Numbered from the stretch's first letter, positions 11,084 to 22,309 are shown. The stretch: 64,000 nucleotides of DNA from Cohaesibacter sp. (GCA_025800145.1 JAOXSH010000004.1:3726-67725), one strand, 5' to 3'. Translations and numbers: made by a program. Notes: generated from the letters alone by a model not told the origin.

Positions 11084-11866
11084 TCAGATTTCACGCTCAA
11101 CCAGCATTTTCTTGATCTCGGCAATCGCCTTGGCAGGGTTCAATCCCTTTGGACATGCCTTGGAGCAATTCATAATCGTATGACAGCGATACAGACGGAA
11201 GGGATCTTCCAGATTGTCCAGACGCTCCCCGGTAAATTCATCGCGGCTATCAATCAGCCAGCGATAGGCCTGCAAAAGGATCGATGGTCCAAGATAACGA
11301 TCCCCATTCCACCAATAAGATGGGCAGGATGTCGAGCAGCAGGCACACAGAATACATTCATAAAGCCCATCCAGCTTGGCGCGGTCCTCACGAGACTGCA
11401 ACCATTCGGTCTCCGGCTCCGGCGTCACCGTTTTCAGATATGGCTCAATAGAACGGTGCTGGGCATAAAAATTATTCAGATCCGGCACCAAATCTTTGAC
11501 AACAGACATATGCGGCAAAGGATAAACCTTAACCACATCACTGATGCATTCATCCATACCCTTGGTGCAGGCCAATGTATTGGTGCCATCAATATTCATG
11601 GCGCAAGAGCCACAAATCCCCTCACGACAAGAACGACGCAAGGTCAGGGTTGGGTCGATGCTGTTTTTAATATACAGCAAACCATCCAGAACCATCGGCC
11701 CACAGGCATCGCGATCAACATAGAATGTATCAATCTGCGGATTTTTGCCATCATCCGGGTTCCAGCGATAAATGCGGAATTCAGTCACATTGGTCGCGCC
11801 CTCAGGCTTAGGCCATGTTTTGCCTTCCTGCATCTTGGAATTCTTCGGCAGCGCAAGTTCTACCAT
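11084..11866 (-). CDS. sdhB: Succinate dehydrogenase iron-sulfur subunit
   Basis: [34 protein letters not shown] Fe-S motifs. Confidence 0.99.
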   Translation of the reverse strand: MVELALPKNSKMQEGKTWPKPEGATNVTEFRIYRWNPDDGKNPQIDTFYVDRDACGPMVLDGLLYIKNSIDPTLTLRRSCREGICGSCAMNIDGTNTLACTKGMDECISDVVKVYPLPHMSVVKDLVPDLNNFYAQHRSIEPYLKTVTPEPETEWLQSREDRAKLDGLYECILCACCSTSCPSYWWNGDRYLGPSILLQAYRWLIDSRDEFTGERLDNLEDPFRLYRCHTIMNCSKACPKGLNPAKAIAEIKKMLVEREI

Positions 11867-11969
11867 AATCTCGCTCCGCTTGTTCGGTCCTCATCTTGTC
11901 CCCATGCCGATGGAGCCAAGACCAAATATCGAAAGAGCCGGACACCAACAAGCGTCCGACATGAAATCT

Positions 11970-13832
11970 TTAGTAAACGCGAGCTTTCGGCGCGATTTTC
12001 TTCATATCAATGCCGCCTTCTGCTTCCGTGGTGAGCGGATCAAGAACAACGGGGCGATAATCAAGCTTCACATCGCCATCCTCAGACACCCAACCAAGGG
12101 TATGCTTGCGCCACTCATCATCATTGCGGCCCGCCAAAGGACCATCTTTAAAGTCCTCACGGGCATGTGCCCCACGGCTTTCCTTACGCGCTTCCGCACC
12201 ATTGACGGTCAAAATAGCATTTGGCATCAGATTTTGCAGCTCAAGCGTTTCCATCAGATCAGAGTTCCAGATCAAGGACCGGTCAGTCACTTTCAAATCT
12301 TTCATCTCACCCCAGATCGCTTTCATCTCAACACAACCCTGTTCCAGCGTATCCTGAACGCGGAACACAGCAGCATTATTTTGCATACTCTTTTGCATCT
12401 TCAAGCGAAGATCAGCCGTTGGCGTACCACCATTTGCAAAACGAGTGTTATCAAAGCGATCCATGATCTGCTCAAAACAGGCTTCATGGGCGGTTGGAAT
12501 AGCCGCTTCGCGATCCACAACCTGTCCTGCCCGAATAGCCGCCGCACGACCAAACACCACAAGGTCAATCAAGGAGTTGGAGCCAAGACGGTTGGCACCA
12601 TGCACAGAGGCACAGCCCGCTTCGCCTACAGCCATCAAGCCCGGTTGAATACGGTTCGGATTGTCGCCATCCGCATTCAGTGCTTCGCCCCAATAATTGG
12701 TTGGAATACCCCCCATATTATAGTGAACGGTCGGCAAAACCGGAATTGGCGCTTTGGTCACATCGACACCGGCAAAAATCTTGGCTGATTCTGAGATACC
12801 CGGCAGGCGCTCTGCCAGCAAGTCAGGATCCAGATGATCCAGATGCAGGAAGATATGATCCCCATCCGCACCAACACCGCGCCCTTCGCGAATCTCCATA
12901 GTCATACAGCGCGACACAACATCACGCGAAGCCAAATCTTTCGCACTTGGCGCATAGCGCTCCATAAAACGCTCGCCTTCGGAATTGACCAGATAGCCAC
13001 CTTCCCCGCGCGCGCCTTCGGTGATCAGACAGCCAGAGCCATAAATCCCGGTTGGGTGGAATTGAACAAATTCCAGATCCTGCATGGGAAGACCGGCACG
13101 GGCAACCATACCGCCACCATCACCGGTACAGGTATGAGCAGACGTTGCAGAGAAATAGGCACGCCCATAACCACCTGTCGCCAAAACTGTCATTTTGGCA
13201 TTGAAGCGGTGAATGGTGCCATCATCCAGATTCCAGGCAACAACCCCTTGGGTTTCCCCGTCAGGAGATTGCAACAAATCCAACGCAAAATATTCGATAT
13301 AAAATTCTGCATTATTGCGCAGGCTTTGCCCATAAAGGGTGTGCAAAATAGCATGGCCGGTCCGGTCAGCCGCCGCACACGTGCGCTGCACGGGAGGGCC
13401 TTCACCATAATTTTGCATATGCCCGCCAAAGGGACGCTGATAGATTTTGCCTTCTTCGGTCCGTGAGAAAGGCACCCCGTAATGCTCCAGTTCATAAACA
13501 GCCGCCGGTGCTTCACGGGTCAGATATTCCATAGCATCGGTATCACCCAGCCAGTCAGAGCCCTTGACCGTGTCATACATATGCCACTGCCAGCTATCAG
13601 GCGTCATATTCTTGAGCGATGCCGCAATGCCCCCTTGCGCTGCAACCGTATGAGAGCGCGTTGGAAACACTTTGGAGATACAGGCTGTTTTCAGCCCCTG
13701 TTCAGCCATACCCAGCGTCGCACGCAATCCCGCGCCACCAGCGCCCACCACGACCACATCAAAATGATGATCGACAATCTGGTAGGCCCGACCATTAATA
13801 TTGAAAGCGCCCGGCTTATAATCACCCGCCAT
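11970..13832 (-). CDS. sdhA: Succinate dehydrogenase flavoprotein
   Basis: [19 protein letters not shown] covalent-FAD His, [11 protein letters not shown]; start ATG 13832 just after the sdhD stop. Confidence 0.98.
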   Translation of the reverse strand: MAGDYKPGAFNINGRAYQIVDHHFDVVVVGAGGAGLRATLGMAEQGLKTACISKVFPTRSHTVAAQGGIAASLKNMTPDSWQWHMYDTVKGSDWLGDTDAMEYLTREAPAAVYELEHYGVPFSRTEEGKIYQRPFGGHMQNYGEGPPVQRTCAAADRTGHAILHTLYGQSLRNNAEFYIEYFALDLLQSPDGETQGVVAWNLDDGTIHRFNAKMTVLATGGYGRAYFSATSAHTCTGDGGGMVARAGLPMQDLEFVQFHPTGIYGSGCLITEGARGEGGYLVNSEGERFMERYAPSAKDLASRDVVSRCMTMEIREGRGVGADGDHIFLHLDHLDPDLLAERLPGISESAKIFAGVDVTKAPIPVLPTVHYNMGGIPTNYWGEALNADGDNPNRIQPGLMAVGEAGCASVHGANRLGSNSLIDLVVFGRAAAIRAGQVVDREAAIPTAHEACFEQIMDRFDNTRFANGGTPTADLRLKMQKSMQNNAAVFRVQDTLEQGCVEMKAIWGEMKDLKVTDRSLIWNSDLMETLELQNLMPNAILTVNGAEARKESRGAHAREDFKDGPLAGRNDDEWRKHTLGWVSEDGDVKLDYRPVVLDPLTTEAEGGIDMKKIAPKARVY

Positions 13833-13836
13833 TTGC

Positions 13837-14217
13837 TTAACCCCCAAAGGACAGTGTGAGCACGGCGTAAATGCAGCTCAAACCGATCACGATTGAAAAG
13901 AATTTATTGCCCATCACCAGAGGAATTTTAAAATTCTCTGTATGCACATAATCCTCGATGATGACCTGCATCCCCAGATGCATGTGATAAATGCCAGACA
14001 CCACAAACAGGATCATGGCAATCGCCACCAGAGGCGAGGCAACAAGCGCCTTGGCCGCTTCATAATCAGAACCAGCCGCCTTGATCAGAATGATGATGAA
14101 GGCAATAGACAAAAACACATTGGCTGTGGCTGTCACACGCTGCATCCAAAAATGGTGCGTTCCGCTATGGGCAGACCCCAGACCACGGACGCTTTTCATA
14201 TGCGTTTTCATAGTCAT
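13837..14217 (-). CDS. sdhD: Succinate dehydrogenase membrane anchor
   Basis: [32 protein letters not shown]. Confidence 0.97.
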   Translation of the reverse strand: MTMKTHMKSVRGLGSAHSGTHHFWMQRVTATANVFLSIAFIIILIKAAGSDYEAAKALVASPLVAIAMILFVVSGIYHMHLGMQVIIEDYVHTENFKIPLVMGNKFFSIVIGLSCIYAVLTLSFGG

Positions 14218-14229
14218 ATTATCTCTCCC

Positions 14230-14628
14230 TTACAGAACGGAATAGGCAATGATCCAGACCAGTGCAGTCAGGATCAGGCCACCACCCAAAGTCAGGCGGG
14301 CCAGCCATTCGCGCTCTTGCTCGCCAAAGCCAAGACCAAAGTCCCAGATAAAGTGACGGAACCCACCCAGCATATGGTTAAGCAAGGCCCATGTGTAGCC
14401 AAACAAAACCAGACGCCCAATCCAGGAACCAAAAATAGCCTGCGCCGTGTCAAAGGCTTCCGGTCCGCTGGCAAGAGCAATCAGCCAATAGGCCAATAAG
14501 ACAGTTCCAAAATAGAGCGCAGCTCCAGTGATACGATGCACAATGGACATAGTCATCGTGAGCATCGGACGATAAATCTGTAGATGCGGAGAAAGAGGGC
14601 GCTTGCCCTTCAGGTCGACGTCTGTCAT
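14230..14628 (-). CDS. sdhC: Succinate dehydrogenase cytochrome b556
   Basis: RPLSPHLQIYRP, SIVHRITG, HMLGGFRHFIWD; start ATG 14628. Confidence 0.97.
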   Translation of the reverse strand: MTDVDLKGKRPLSPHLQIYRPMLTMTMSIVHRITGAALYFGTVLLAYWLIALASGPEAFDTAQAIFGSWIGRLVLFGYTWALLNHMLGGFRHFIWDFGLGFGEQEREWLARLTLGGGLILTALVWIIAYSVL

Positions 14629-14960
14629 TTCATTCGGTCCTCGACAGGTGACGCTTGCGTAAAGGTAACCATGGGTCAGGTTCGCATTTCCGTTTTCATA
14701 GCGACAAATTGGCCTAAGGTCAAAGCGAAAGCGGCACAAAATGTCACAAAAGCTACAAAATTCGCCTAAGGAACGAGGAGAAATATTACGTTACGTAAAA
14801 GCAATACACCATTTGTTCAAGGCAACAAAATCAACAAACCTCACCATAAGCAATGAGTGTAAATGAAGTGTGAGGCAAAAAGCAAAGCCCGACAAGCATT
14901 CTTTCGTCGCCGGGCCATCTCAAAGCAGATAGATAGAACCACAAAATGGCTCATAAGCAA

Positions 14961-16013
14961 TCAGGCGCGGGGCAGCAAAACCCAGAGATCCAAATCCAGA
15001 ATAACGGACGCATCATAGCCTTCTTCCCCCTTGCCCGGCAAAGCCTCACAAGGCTGATCCTTGGTGGCAAAGATACGAAGACGCAAAGCCCCGACATCCT
15101 CACGCCCCGGCAACTCGGCTTTGTCCAGCACCTGAGACCAGGCAAAAACCGTATCCCCTGCAAAAAGCGGTGCCACATGCCGCCCACCATTGATTGCAGC
15201 AATGTGAAAAGCATTGCCAAGACCATTAAAGGACAAAGCTCTGGCCAGAGAAATAACATGTCCGCCATAAATCAACCGCCGCCCAAAACGTCCTTGCCCT
15301 TCGGTAAATTGATTGAAATGCACTTTCGCCGTATTTTGATATAACCGCGTTGCCATCTGATGTTCGGCTTCTTCCACTGTCATACCATCCACATGATCAA
15401 TGCTTTCGCCTAATTCATAATCATCCCAAAAATGAACCGAGCCCGAGAGATCGGGATCAAAAGCCGCTTTTTTGATGATCGGAACCGCATCCCCAAGACT
15501 GTCAGCATCCAAAGCCGAAGGAAGGCTCGGCACAAGATTATGACCCGTTGACGTTGAGGCATCCTTCTTGCGCACCATCACCCAGCGCACATAGTCCAGC
15601 ACAGTCACCCCATGTTGATTAACACCGCTGGAGCGCACATAAACCACACCGGTTTTGCCATTGGAATTTTCTTTCAAACCAATCACTTCAGACGAAGCAG
15701 ACACACTGTCACCCGGATAAACCGGCGCTAGAAAACGGCATCCCGCATACCCCAGATTGGCAACAGCATTCAGAGAAATATCCGGCACCGTCTTGCCAAA
15801 GACAATATGAAAAACCAGCAAATCATCCAAAGGTGCCCGCTCATAGCCCAAATCTTGCGCAAAGGCATCTGAAGATTGCACCGCAAACCGTGAGCCATAT
15901 AACGCGGTATAAAGAGATGCATCGCCAACGCTGATTGTGCGCGGTGTCGCATGGCGGATCACCTGCCCAACGCTGAAATCTTCAAAATAATTGCCCGGAT
16001 TGGTCTTGCTCAT
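14961..16013 (-). CDS. mch: Double-MaoC dehydratase, mesaconyl-CoA hydratase-like
   Basis: MSKTNPGNYFEDF, FGKTVPDISLNAVANLGY, GLKENSNGKTGVV closely resemble Rhodobacter Mch as I recall it. Confidence 0.8.
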   Translation of the reverse strand: MSKTNPGNYFEDFSVGQVIRHATPRTISVGDASLYTALYGSRFAVQSSDAFAQDLGYERAPLDDLLVFHIVFGKTVPDISLNAVANLGYAGCRFLAPVYPGDSVSASSEVIGLKENSNGKTGVVYVRSSGVNQHGVTVLDYVRWVMVRKKDASTSTGHNLVPSLPSALDADSLGDAVPIIKKAAFDPDLSGSVHFWDDYELGESIDHVDGMTVEEAEHQMATRLYQNTAKVHFNQFTEGQGRFGRRLIYGGHVISLARALSFNGLGNAFHIAAINGGRHVAPLFAGDTVFAWSQVLDKAELPGREDVGALRLRIFATKDQPCEALPGKGEEGYDASVILDLDLWVLLPRA

Positions 16014-16036
16014 CCTAAACTCTCCCTCGGCCCGTC

Positions 16037-16062
16037 AAAAAGCCCCGATTAAGCGGGGCTTT
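16037..16062 (-). terminator. Terminator-like hairpin immediately upstream of mch
   Basis: Minus strand AAAGCCCCG-CTTAAT-CGGGGC-TTTTT, ending about 24 nt before the mch ATG. Confidence 0.45.
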
Positions 16063-16241
16063 GCAGCTCTCATACACAGCACCATATTGCAGCGCACAAG
16101 AAATGTCATCCAAACCAAAGAATGAGACGAAGACAGCAAAAGGAATAAGAAAGTCACTATCTTCTATCCATCCAGTCTTATCTTTGCCCAAAAGACAATG
16201 CTATAAGAGACAGAAAGTCTTTTCTATGCGAGTCGCCCCTC

Positions 16242-17492
16242 ATGCCCGTGGCCCTGTCATCCAAATCCGCCCATTTTCTCCTGTTTTCAGGTTGTCTTGC
16301 TGCTTCTTTGTCTCTGAGCGCTATATCAAGTTTGGCCGCAACCTTGGGGCCGCGGCCCTTTGCGTTGGTCGATCAATTGGAAGACGGGCCACTGAAAGAA
16401 AAATTGCAAGCCTGCGCGAAAGAGTTCGAAACGGGAAGACAGCTGAAAAAAACTCTCTTCTCCATCGCCCATCGTGGCGCGCCTTTGCAATTTCCCGAAC
16501 ATAGCAAAGAGGGATACAAAGCGGCGGCGCGCATGGGAGCAGGCATTGTCGAATGTGATGTGACCTTCACCAAAGACAAAGAGCTGGTCTGCCGCCATAG
16601 CCAGAATGATCTGGCCACAACCACCAATATTTTACAAACCGATTTGGCCGCCACCTGCGCCAAGCCTTTTCAAGCGGCCAGTGATGGACAAAAAGCCTCT
16701 GCCCAATGTCTGACATCCGATATCCTGTTATCCGAATTTAAGCATCTGACAGGCAAAATGGATGCCGCCAACAAACAGGCAAAAACTGTCGAAGATTTTC
16801 TTAACGGCACAGCCAATTGGCGCACCGATCTCTATGCCGCACAGGGCGGCACCTTGCTCAGCCATAAAGACAGCATTGCTCTTTTTAAAGAGTTAGGGGT
16901 TAAATTCACCCCGGAATTAAAAGCCCCGGTCGCCTCTATGCCATTTGATGGCATGAGCCAGCAAGATTATGCCCAAAAGCTGGTCGATGATTATAAAGAG
17001 GCGGACATCCCCCCATCCGATGTCTGGCTGCAAAGCTTCAACCTCAAAGATATCCAATATTGGATCGACAATGAGCCAGACTTTGGCAAACAGGCCATCT
17101 TTTTAGATGCGCGCTATCGCACCGGCGTCAATCCCCACAATCCCGACAGTTTCAGCCCAACCATGGCCCAGCTTAAGGAAATGGGCGTCAATTACATCGC
17201 CCCACCCCTTTGGATGCTGCTGGACAAACAGGGTGACAGCATCATCCCATCCAAATATGCAAAAGAGGCCAAAAAAGCAGGCCTGTCCATCATCACATGG
17301 ACAATAGAGCGATCAGGCCCACTGAACGAAGGCGGCGGCTGGTATTATCAAACCATCAAATCCTTGATCCAAAAAGACAGCGACATGCTCAAAGTCCTGC
17401 ATGTGCTGGCACAGGATGTCGGCGTCAAAGGCGTCTTTTCCGATTGGCCCGCCACCACCAGCTTTTATGCCAATTGCATGGGATTGGATTGA
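16242..17492 (+). CDS. Exported glycerophosphodiester phosphodiesterase
   Basis: Signal-like N-terminus; IAHRGA, IVECDV, LVCRH, TPELK, SDWP. Confidence 0.9.
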   Translation: MPVALSSKSAHFLLFSGCLAASLSLSAISSLAATLGPRPFALVDQLEDGPLKEKLQACAKEFETGRQLKKTLFSIAHRGAPLQFPEHSKEGYKAAARMGAGIVECDVTFTKDKELVCRHSQNDLATTTNILQTDLAATCAKPFQAASDGQKASAQCLTSDILLSEFKHLTGKMDAANKQAKTVEDFLNGTANWRTDLYAAQGGTLLSHKDSIALFKELGVKFTPELKAPVASMPFDGMSQQDYAQKLVDDYKEADIPPSDVWLQSFNLKDIQYWIDNEPDFGKQAIFLDARYRTGVNPHNPDSFSPTMAQLKEMGVNYIAPPLWMLLDKQGDSIIPSKYAKEAKKAGLSIITWTIERSGPLNEGGGWYYQTIKSLIQKDSDMLKVLHVLAQDVGVKGVFSDWPATTSFYANCMGLD

Positions 17493-17531
17493 GAGGACTG
17501 CACTTCGTTAGCCCTCATATCCAGAGCGTGC

Positions 17532-17741
17532 TTAAAGCCCACCCAATTTGACATCCGGGCTATAGGCAAAATCAGGCCCGACCTCTTTGACAACCGCTTG
17601 CCCACAGCGCATTTTATTGGCGTCTGCATCAAAGGCATAAGTGGGGGAGCCATAGAGCTCCCATCCCTTAGACAAGGCCTCGCTCACCTTATGGCAAAAG
17701 GAAGCGTCATCATCTGCTGTGAGAAAACGATAAACCTGCAT
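17532..17741 (-). CDS. DUF1737-family small protein
   Basis: YRFLTADDDASFCHKVSEALSKGWELYGSP...CGQAVVK; starts 2 nt after the lyase stop. Confidence 0.85.
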   Translation of the reverse strand: MQVYRFLTADDDASFCHKVSEALSKGWELYGSPTYAFDADANKMRCGQAVVKEVGPDFAYSPDVKLGGL

Positions 17742-17743
17742 GA

Positions 17744-18631
17744 CTATTTCTCATCCTGTTTGGCAATCGCATTGGCAATATCCACCACCCGGCGGGCCAT
17801 ATCTGCATGCAAACGCTCCACCATTTTACCGTGAATGGTCATGACATTTTTAGACTGATTCTCCGGCGCATCAAACGCCTCAATAATTTCGCGACAGCGG
17901 GCAATTTCCTCCCCATCTGGCGAGAAAATCCGGTTGCAATCCTCAATCTGTTTCGGGTGAATGATGGTCTTGCCATCCATCCCCATTTCAGCGCCCTGCT
18001 CACATTCTGCAATGAAGCCCTGAGCATCGCTAAACTGGTTATAAACCCCATCAATGATGTCAATATCATAAGCCCGCGCCGCGGCCAAACACTGCATCAA
18101 CCATGGCATCATCGGCGCGCGAGCTGGCACCAGAGCGGCTCGCGTTTCCTTGGATAAGTCGTTGGTCCCCATAATGAAACAGGACAAGCGCGCCCCATGA
18201 TATTCCAATTTTGAGGAAGCAATTTCCAAGGCTCGCACCATTGCACCGGGCGTTTCCATCATCGCCCAGATTTTCAGATCCTGACCAATATGGGCATCAT
18301 TGAGCTTACGCCCAATGGCATAAACATCTTCAGCGCAATCGACTTTGGGAACCAGCACCGCATCAGGTTGCGCTTCAATCACTCCGGCCAGATCATCTTC
18401 TCCCCACGGGGTTTCCAGCCCATTCATGCGGATGACAACTTCACGATGCCCAAAGCCACCCTCGCGAACAGCCTCAACCACTTGCGCCCGTGCCATGTCT
18501 TTTTGGTCCGGTGCCACCGAATCTTCCAAATCCAGCAACAACACATCGACCGGCAGGGTCTTGGCTTTTTCCAGTGCACGAGCATTTGACCCGGGCATAT
18601 AAAGAGCGGTACGACGAGGACGGAAACTCAT
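17744..18631 (-). CDS. CitE/HpcH-family CoA-ester lyase, most like (3S)-malyl-CoA thioesterase Mcl2
   Basis: RRTALYMPGSNARALEKA, LDLEDSVA, WAMMET, MGTNDL, DGVYN, GKTIIHP. Confidence 0.85.
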   Translation of the reverse strand: MSFRPRRTALYMPGSNARALEKAKTLPVDVLLLDLEDSVAPDQKDMARAQVVEAVREGGFGHREVVIRMNGLETPWGEDDLAGVIEAQPDAVLVPKVDCAEDVYAIGRKLNDAHIGQDLKIWAMMETPGAMVRALEIASSKLEYHGARLSCFIMGTNDLSKETRAALVPARAPMMPWLMQCLAAARAYDIDIIDGVYNQFSDAQGFIAECEQGAEMGMDGKTIIHPKQIEDCNRIFSPDGEEIARCREIIEAFDAPENQSKNVMTIHGKMVERLHADMARRVVDIANAIAKQDEK

Positions 18632-18776
18632 TGGTCTGACTCCATAAAAACAAAAGGTCTTGTTGCAGTGCAAGATAAACCGCTTGCAACACCATGACTA
18701 GCCCCTTCGTTAGACCAATCCCACCGATAGCAACACCCTTTCAGCACGCATCCGCATGGCGCAATGGAACATTGAT

Positions 18777-19949
18777 ATGAAAAAAGCAGATCTGGTCATC
18801 ATCGGCGGCGCTATTGTTGGCGCTTGCGTTGCCTATTTCCTGAAAAAAGATCTCGGTTTCAAAGGCTCGGTCATCGTCGTGGAACGCGATCCCACCTATG
18901 CCAAAAGCGCCACAACCTTATCGGCGGCTTCCATCCGCCAACAATTTTCAACACCGCAAAATATCGCCTTGTCGCAATTTGGCCTGTCATTCATCCATCA
19001 ACTCAAAGAGCGCTTTGGTCCAGACGCCGATATTGGCTTCCATGAAGGCGGCTATCTGCTTTTGGCCTCGCAAGCGGGCTTGCCTGTCTTACAGCAAAAT
19101 CACCAAGTGCAGAAAAAAGCCGGCGCAGATATCGAACTGATGACACCCGATGCGCTGAAACGCACCTTTCCATGGATGAATGTCGACGATCTGACAGGCG
19201 GTGCCTATGGCCGCTCTGGCGAAGGCTGGTTTGATGCCCACATGTTGCTGGATCTGGTGCGAAAAGGCGCCATCGAGGCCGGGGCCAACTTCATCAAGGA
19301 TGAGGCAACGGGCTTCACCCGCGAGCACAATCGCATCACCGGGGTTAAACTAGCCTCAGGCAGCACAATTGCCTGTGGTGCCGCGGTCAATTGCGCAGGC
19401 CCCAATGCAGGCAACGTCGCCCGATATCTGGACATTGCACTTCCCATCGAGCCACGCAAGCGCACCGTCTTTGTCATTGACTGCAAAAAACCGCATCCCA
19501 ACATGCCCTTGATGGTCGACACATCCGGCGTCTATATCCGCCCCGAAGGCGATTATTATATTTCGGGCGTCTCCCCGGGAGCCGAGCGCGACCACGCCGT
19601 TGATAGCGATGATCTTGATCCCCATTATGACTTGTTTGAAGACGTGATCTGGCCGTCCCTCTATCAGCGCATGCCCGGCTTTGATGCCATTAAAATGGCC
19701 AATGCCTGGGCTGGCCATTATGAATATTGCACATTGGATCAAAATCCGGTCATTGGTGCGCACCCGGAAATCCAGAATTTCTATATCGCCGCCGGTTTTT
19801 CCGGCCATGGCCTACAACATGCCCCCGGCACCGGCCTTGCCATTGGCGAGCTTTTTCTCCATGGTGCTTATAAAAGCCTCGACCCTTCCATCTTTGGCTA
19901 TGAAAGGATCCTGAGCGGAACGCCCGTGCGCGAACTGAATGTGATCTAG
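18777..19949 (+). CDS. FAD-dependent oxidoreductase (DAO/sarcosine oxidase beta/FOXRED1-like)
   Basis: GGAIVG Rossmann motif, SAASIRQQFS, WAGHYEY, GFSGHGLQHAP; start 18777 or 18756. Confidence 0.88.
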   Translation: MKKADLVIIGGAIVGACVAYFLKKDLGFKGSVIVVERDPTYAKSATTLSAASIRQQFSTPQNIALSQFGLSFIHQLKERFGPDADIGFHEGGYLLLASQAGLPVLQQNHQVQKKAGADIELMTPDALKRTFPWMNVDDLTGGAYGRSGEGWFDAHMLLDLVRKGAIEAGANFIKDEATGFTREHNRITGVKLASGSTIACGAAVNCAGPNAGNVARYLDIALPIEPRKRTVFVIDCKKPHPNMPLMVDTSGVYIRPEGDYYISGVSPGAERDHAVDSDDLDPHYDLFEDVIWPSLYQRMPGFDAIKMANAWAGHYEYCTLDQNPVIGAHPEIQNFYIAAGFSGHGLQHAPGTGLAIGELFLHGAYKSLDPSIFGYERILSGTPVRELNVI

Positions 19950-19951
19950 AT

Positions 19952-20353
19952 ATGACAAAGACTTGCCGTTTCTGCCTCTCAAACAACCTTCTCGACGATG
20001 AGCCACTTTTTGAAAATGCCTCATTCTTTGTGCTCGGCATGAGAGAGCAGGCGCGACAACACGCGGTGATGATCATTCCCAAAAACCATGCTCAAACACC
20101 ATTTGATCTCAAAAGAGAAGATTGGTTAGGGATGGATGAGGCTTTAAGCTTTGCAAAACAAACGCTGGCGCCATTCAATCCTTGCGGCTATTCTATTGGC
20201 TGGAATGTCGGAGCCTCAGCCGGTCAACATATCAACCATGTGCATCTTCACGTCATATGCAGATTTGACGACCAGCCAGCAACAGGGTTAGGTCTCAATG
20301 CTCTCATTGAGCATGTAAACAATCCTCAAAACAAAGATCAGGCAGCCAAATGA
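19952..20353 (+). CDS. HIT family hydrolase
   Basis: N-terminal CRFC, IIPKNH, NVGASAGQHINHVHLHVI histidine triad. Confidence 0.9.
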   Translation: MTKTCRFCLSNNLLDDEPLFENASFFVLGMREQARQHAVMIIPKNHAQTPFDLKREDWLGMDEALSFAKQTLAPFNPCGYSIGWNVGASAGQHINHVHLHVICRFDDQPATGLGLNALIEHVNNPQNKDQAAK

Positions 20354-21297
20354 GCCAAGCCAGACAGCCAGCAAAAAACCAAAAACCAATCATTCTTGTC
20401 ATATCCAGCCATGTCTATGCTGGCTGCGTTGGCAATCGGGCCGCCGCGTTTGCGCTGGAGCGGATGGGTTATCAGGTTTGGGAAATCCCCACCATTTTGT
20501 TGCCATGGCATCCAGGTCACGGCCCCTCGACCCGCACCATCCCTGATGACAAAAACTTTGCACAAAGCCTGCAAGAGCTAACCACACATGCCGATTTTCC
20601 AAATGTCGCTGCTGTCCTTAGCGGTTATTTGGGCCAAACGTCCCAAGCCAAAGCCATTGCAGATCTGGTAACAGCGCTAAAAAAAGCCAATCCAAACACG
20701 CTCTATCTCTGCGATCCGGTTATGGGAGAGGAAAAAGGGCTCTATATTCATCAAGACACCGCTAGCGCCATACGCGATGCTCTCCTGCCGCTTTCCGATA
20801 TTGCAACACCCAATCGCTTCGAATTTGCATGGCTCACCCAATCCAAACCAGAACGCAATGAAGATATGATCGAGGCCAGCCAAACGTGGCCCGTGCCCCA
20901 GACCATCATCACCAGTGCCTTTCCCATGCTGCGCAATGCCATTGGCAATCTGCTTATCAGCAAGACAGACCCGTCAAATGATGCAACACAAGCAATATTA
21001 TGCGAACATCAGGCCTTGGCCAATCCGCCCAGTGGCACAGGAGATCTCTTTTCCGCGCTCTTTTTGGGGCATTTTTTAGCCACACAAAATGAAGAGCACA
21101 GTCTGAAACTGGCCTCCAGCGGGGTGTTTGAGATTGTAGCCCGCACATTGGCCATTGAAAGCAAAGACTTGCAATTGGTCGCTTTTCAGGACCGGTTCAT
21201 GGCTCCCATGGCCATGGTCAATCTGCGCAAAATAGGCAGCAAACCCAAACTATCAGCCTTTCGTAAAGGGCCCAAACGCGCCAAAAAACATGAATAA
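20350..21297 (+). CDS. pdxY: Pyridoxal kinase
   Basis: SSHVYAGCVGN, LSGYLG, CDPVMG, TPNRFE, GTGDLFSA; 4-nt overlap with the HIT gene. Confidence 0.88.
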   Translation: MSQARQPAKNQKPIILVISSHVYAGCVGNRAAAFALERMGYQVWEIPTILLPWHPGHGPSTRTIPDDKNFAQSLQELTTHADFPNVAAVLSGYLGQTSQAKAIADLVTALKKANPNTLYLCDPVMGEEKGLYIHQDTASAIRDALLPLSDIATPNRFEFAWLTQSKPERNEDMIEASQTWPVPQTIITSAFPMLRNAIGNLLISKTDPSNDATQAILCEHQALANPPSGTGDLFSALFLGHFLATQNEEHSLKLASSGVFEIVARTLAIESKDLQLVAFQDRFMAPMAMVNLRKIGSKPKLSAFRKGPKRAKKHE

Positions 21298-21334
21298 AGA
21301 CACATGTCAGACAAGACAGTGAACGGGGATTTTC

Positions 21335-22294
21335 ATGACAACACCTCCGAGCAAAAACGAAATTCAAAACGCCTATCAGCTCATCGAAAACCACATTCGC
21401 AAAACGCCAATTTTGCAGATTGATGGCACAGCATTTGAGCATGACACACCCGTCACCCTCAAATTGGAATTGCTGCAACATAGCGGATCATTCAAGGCAA
21501 GAGGCGCATTTTATAACCTGATATCACGCGATATCCCTGCCTCCGGTCTGGCCGCCGCCTCTGGCGGCAATCATGGTGCCGCCTGTGCCTATGCCGCCCA
21601 AAAACTTGGCATCAAGGCCCGCATTTTCGTGCCCGACATTGCCTCGCCGGCAAAGATAGACAAAATCAAAGCCTATGGTGCTTCTGCCATTGTCAAAGGC
21701 GAGCGCTATGCTGATTCTCTGGCTCTGTGCGATACCTATCAAAGAGATTCCGGGGCCATCGGCCTTCACGCTTATGATGGCTTTCACACCATTTGCGGAC
21801 AGGGAACCCTTGGCTATGAACTGTCCGAACAAATGAAAGACAACCTGCCCGATACCATATTGGTCGCAGTGGGCGGCGGCGGCCTCATTTCTGGTCTGGC
21901 AAGCTGGTTCGGCAAAAAGGTCAAAATTGTCGGGGTGGAACCACAAACATCATGCGCTATGCAACAGGCTCTCAAAGCAGGGGCCCCGATTGATGTTGAA
22001 GTATCCGGCATTGCCGCCGATTCTCTTGGTGCAAAACGGGTCGGTCAGATGGCCTTTTATATTGCCCAAAATGAGATCGACACCATCCTCACCCTATCCG
22101 ACAACGCCATTGCCAAAGCCCAAGCCACCTTATGGAATGACTATCATCTGGCCGCAGAGGCCGGGGGCGCTGCCGCCTTTGCCGCCCTGCAATCCGGCAC
22201 TTATAAGCCAAAACCGGGAGAAAAAGTCGCAATCATTCTGTGCGGATCCAATATAGAACTTGAAAAGCTGGCCGACATCACAAAATCTTCGTGA
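21335..22294 (+). CDS. PLP-dependent threonine/serine dehydratase family
   Basis: LQHSGSFKARGA (PLP Lys), SGGNHG, VGGGGL, no regulatory ACT domain. Confidence 0.9.
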   Translation: MTTPPSKNEIQNAYQLIENHIRKTPILQIDGTAFEHDTPVTLKLELLQHSGSFKARGAFYNLISRDIPASGLAAASGGNHGAACAYAAQKLGIKARIFVPDIASPAKIDKIKAYGASAIVKGERYADSLALCDTYQRDSGAIGLHAYDGFHTICGQGTLGYELSEQMKDNLPDTILVAVGGGGLISGLASWFGKKVKIVGVEPQTSCAMQQALKAGAPIDVEVSGIAADSLGAKRVGQMAFYIAQNEIDTILTLSDNAIAKAQATLWNDYHLAAEAGGAAAFAALQSGTYKPKPGEKVAIILCGSNIELEKLADITKSS

Positions 22295-22309
22295 ACTGTG
22301 TCTATACAA

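Noticed and set aside
10949-12034. 361-aa plus-strand ORF starting inside the MITE and running antisense through sdhB
   Set aside because: Shadow ORF of sdhB; the start in the element looks incidental and the product has no recognisable features.
14732-14761. Three ACAAAA units at 9-10 bp spacing upstream of sdhC
   Set aside because: Short, A-rich and irregularly spaced; could be phased A-tracts but no regulator can be supported.
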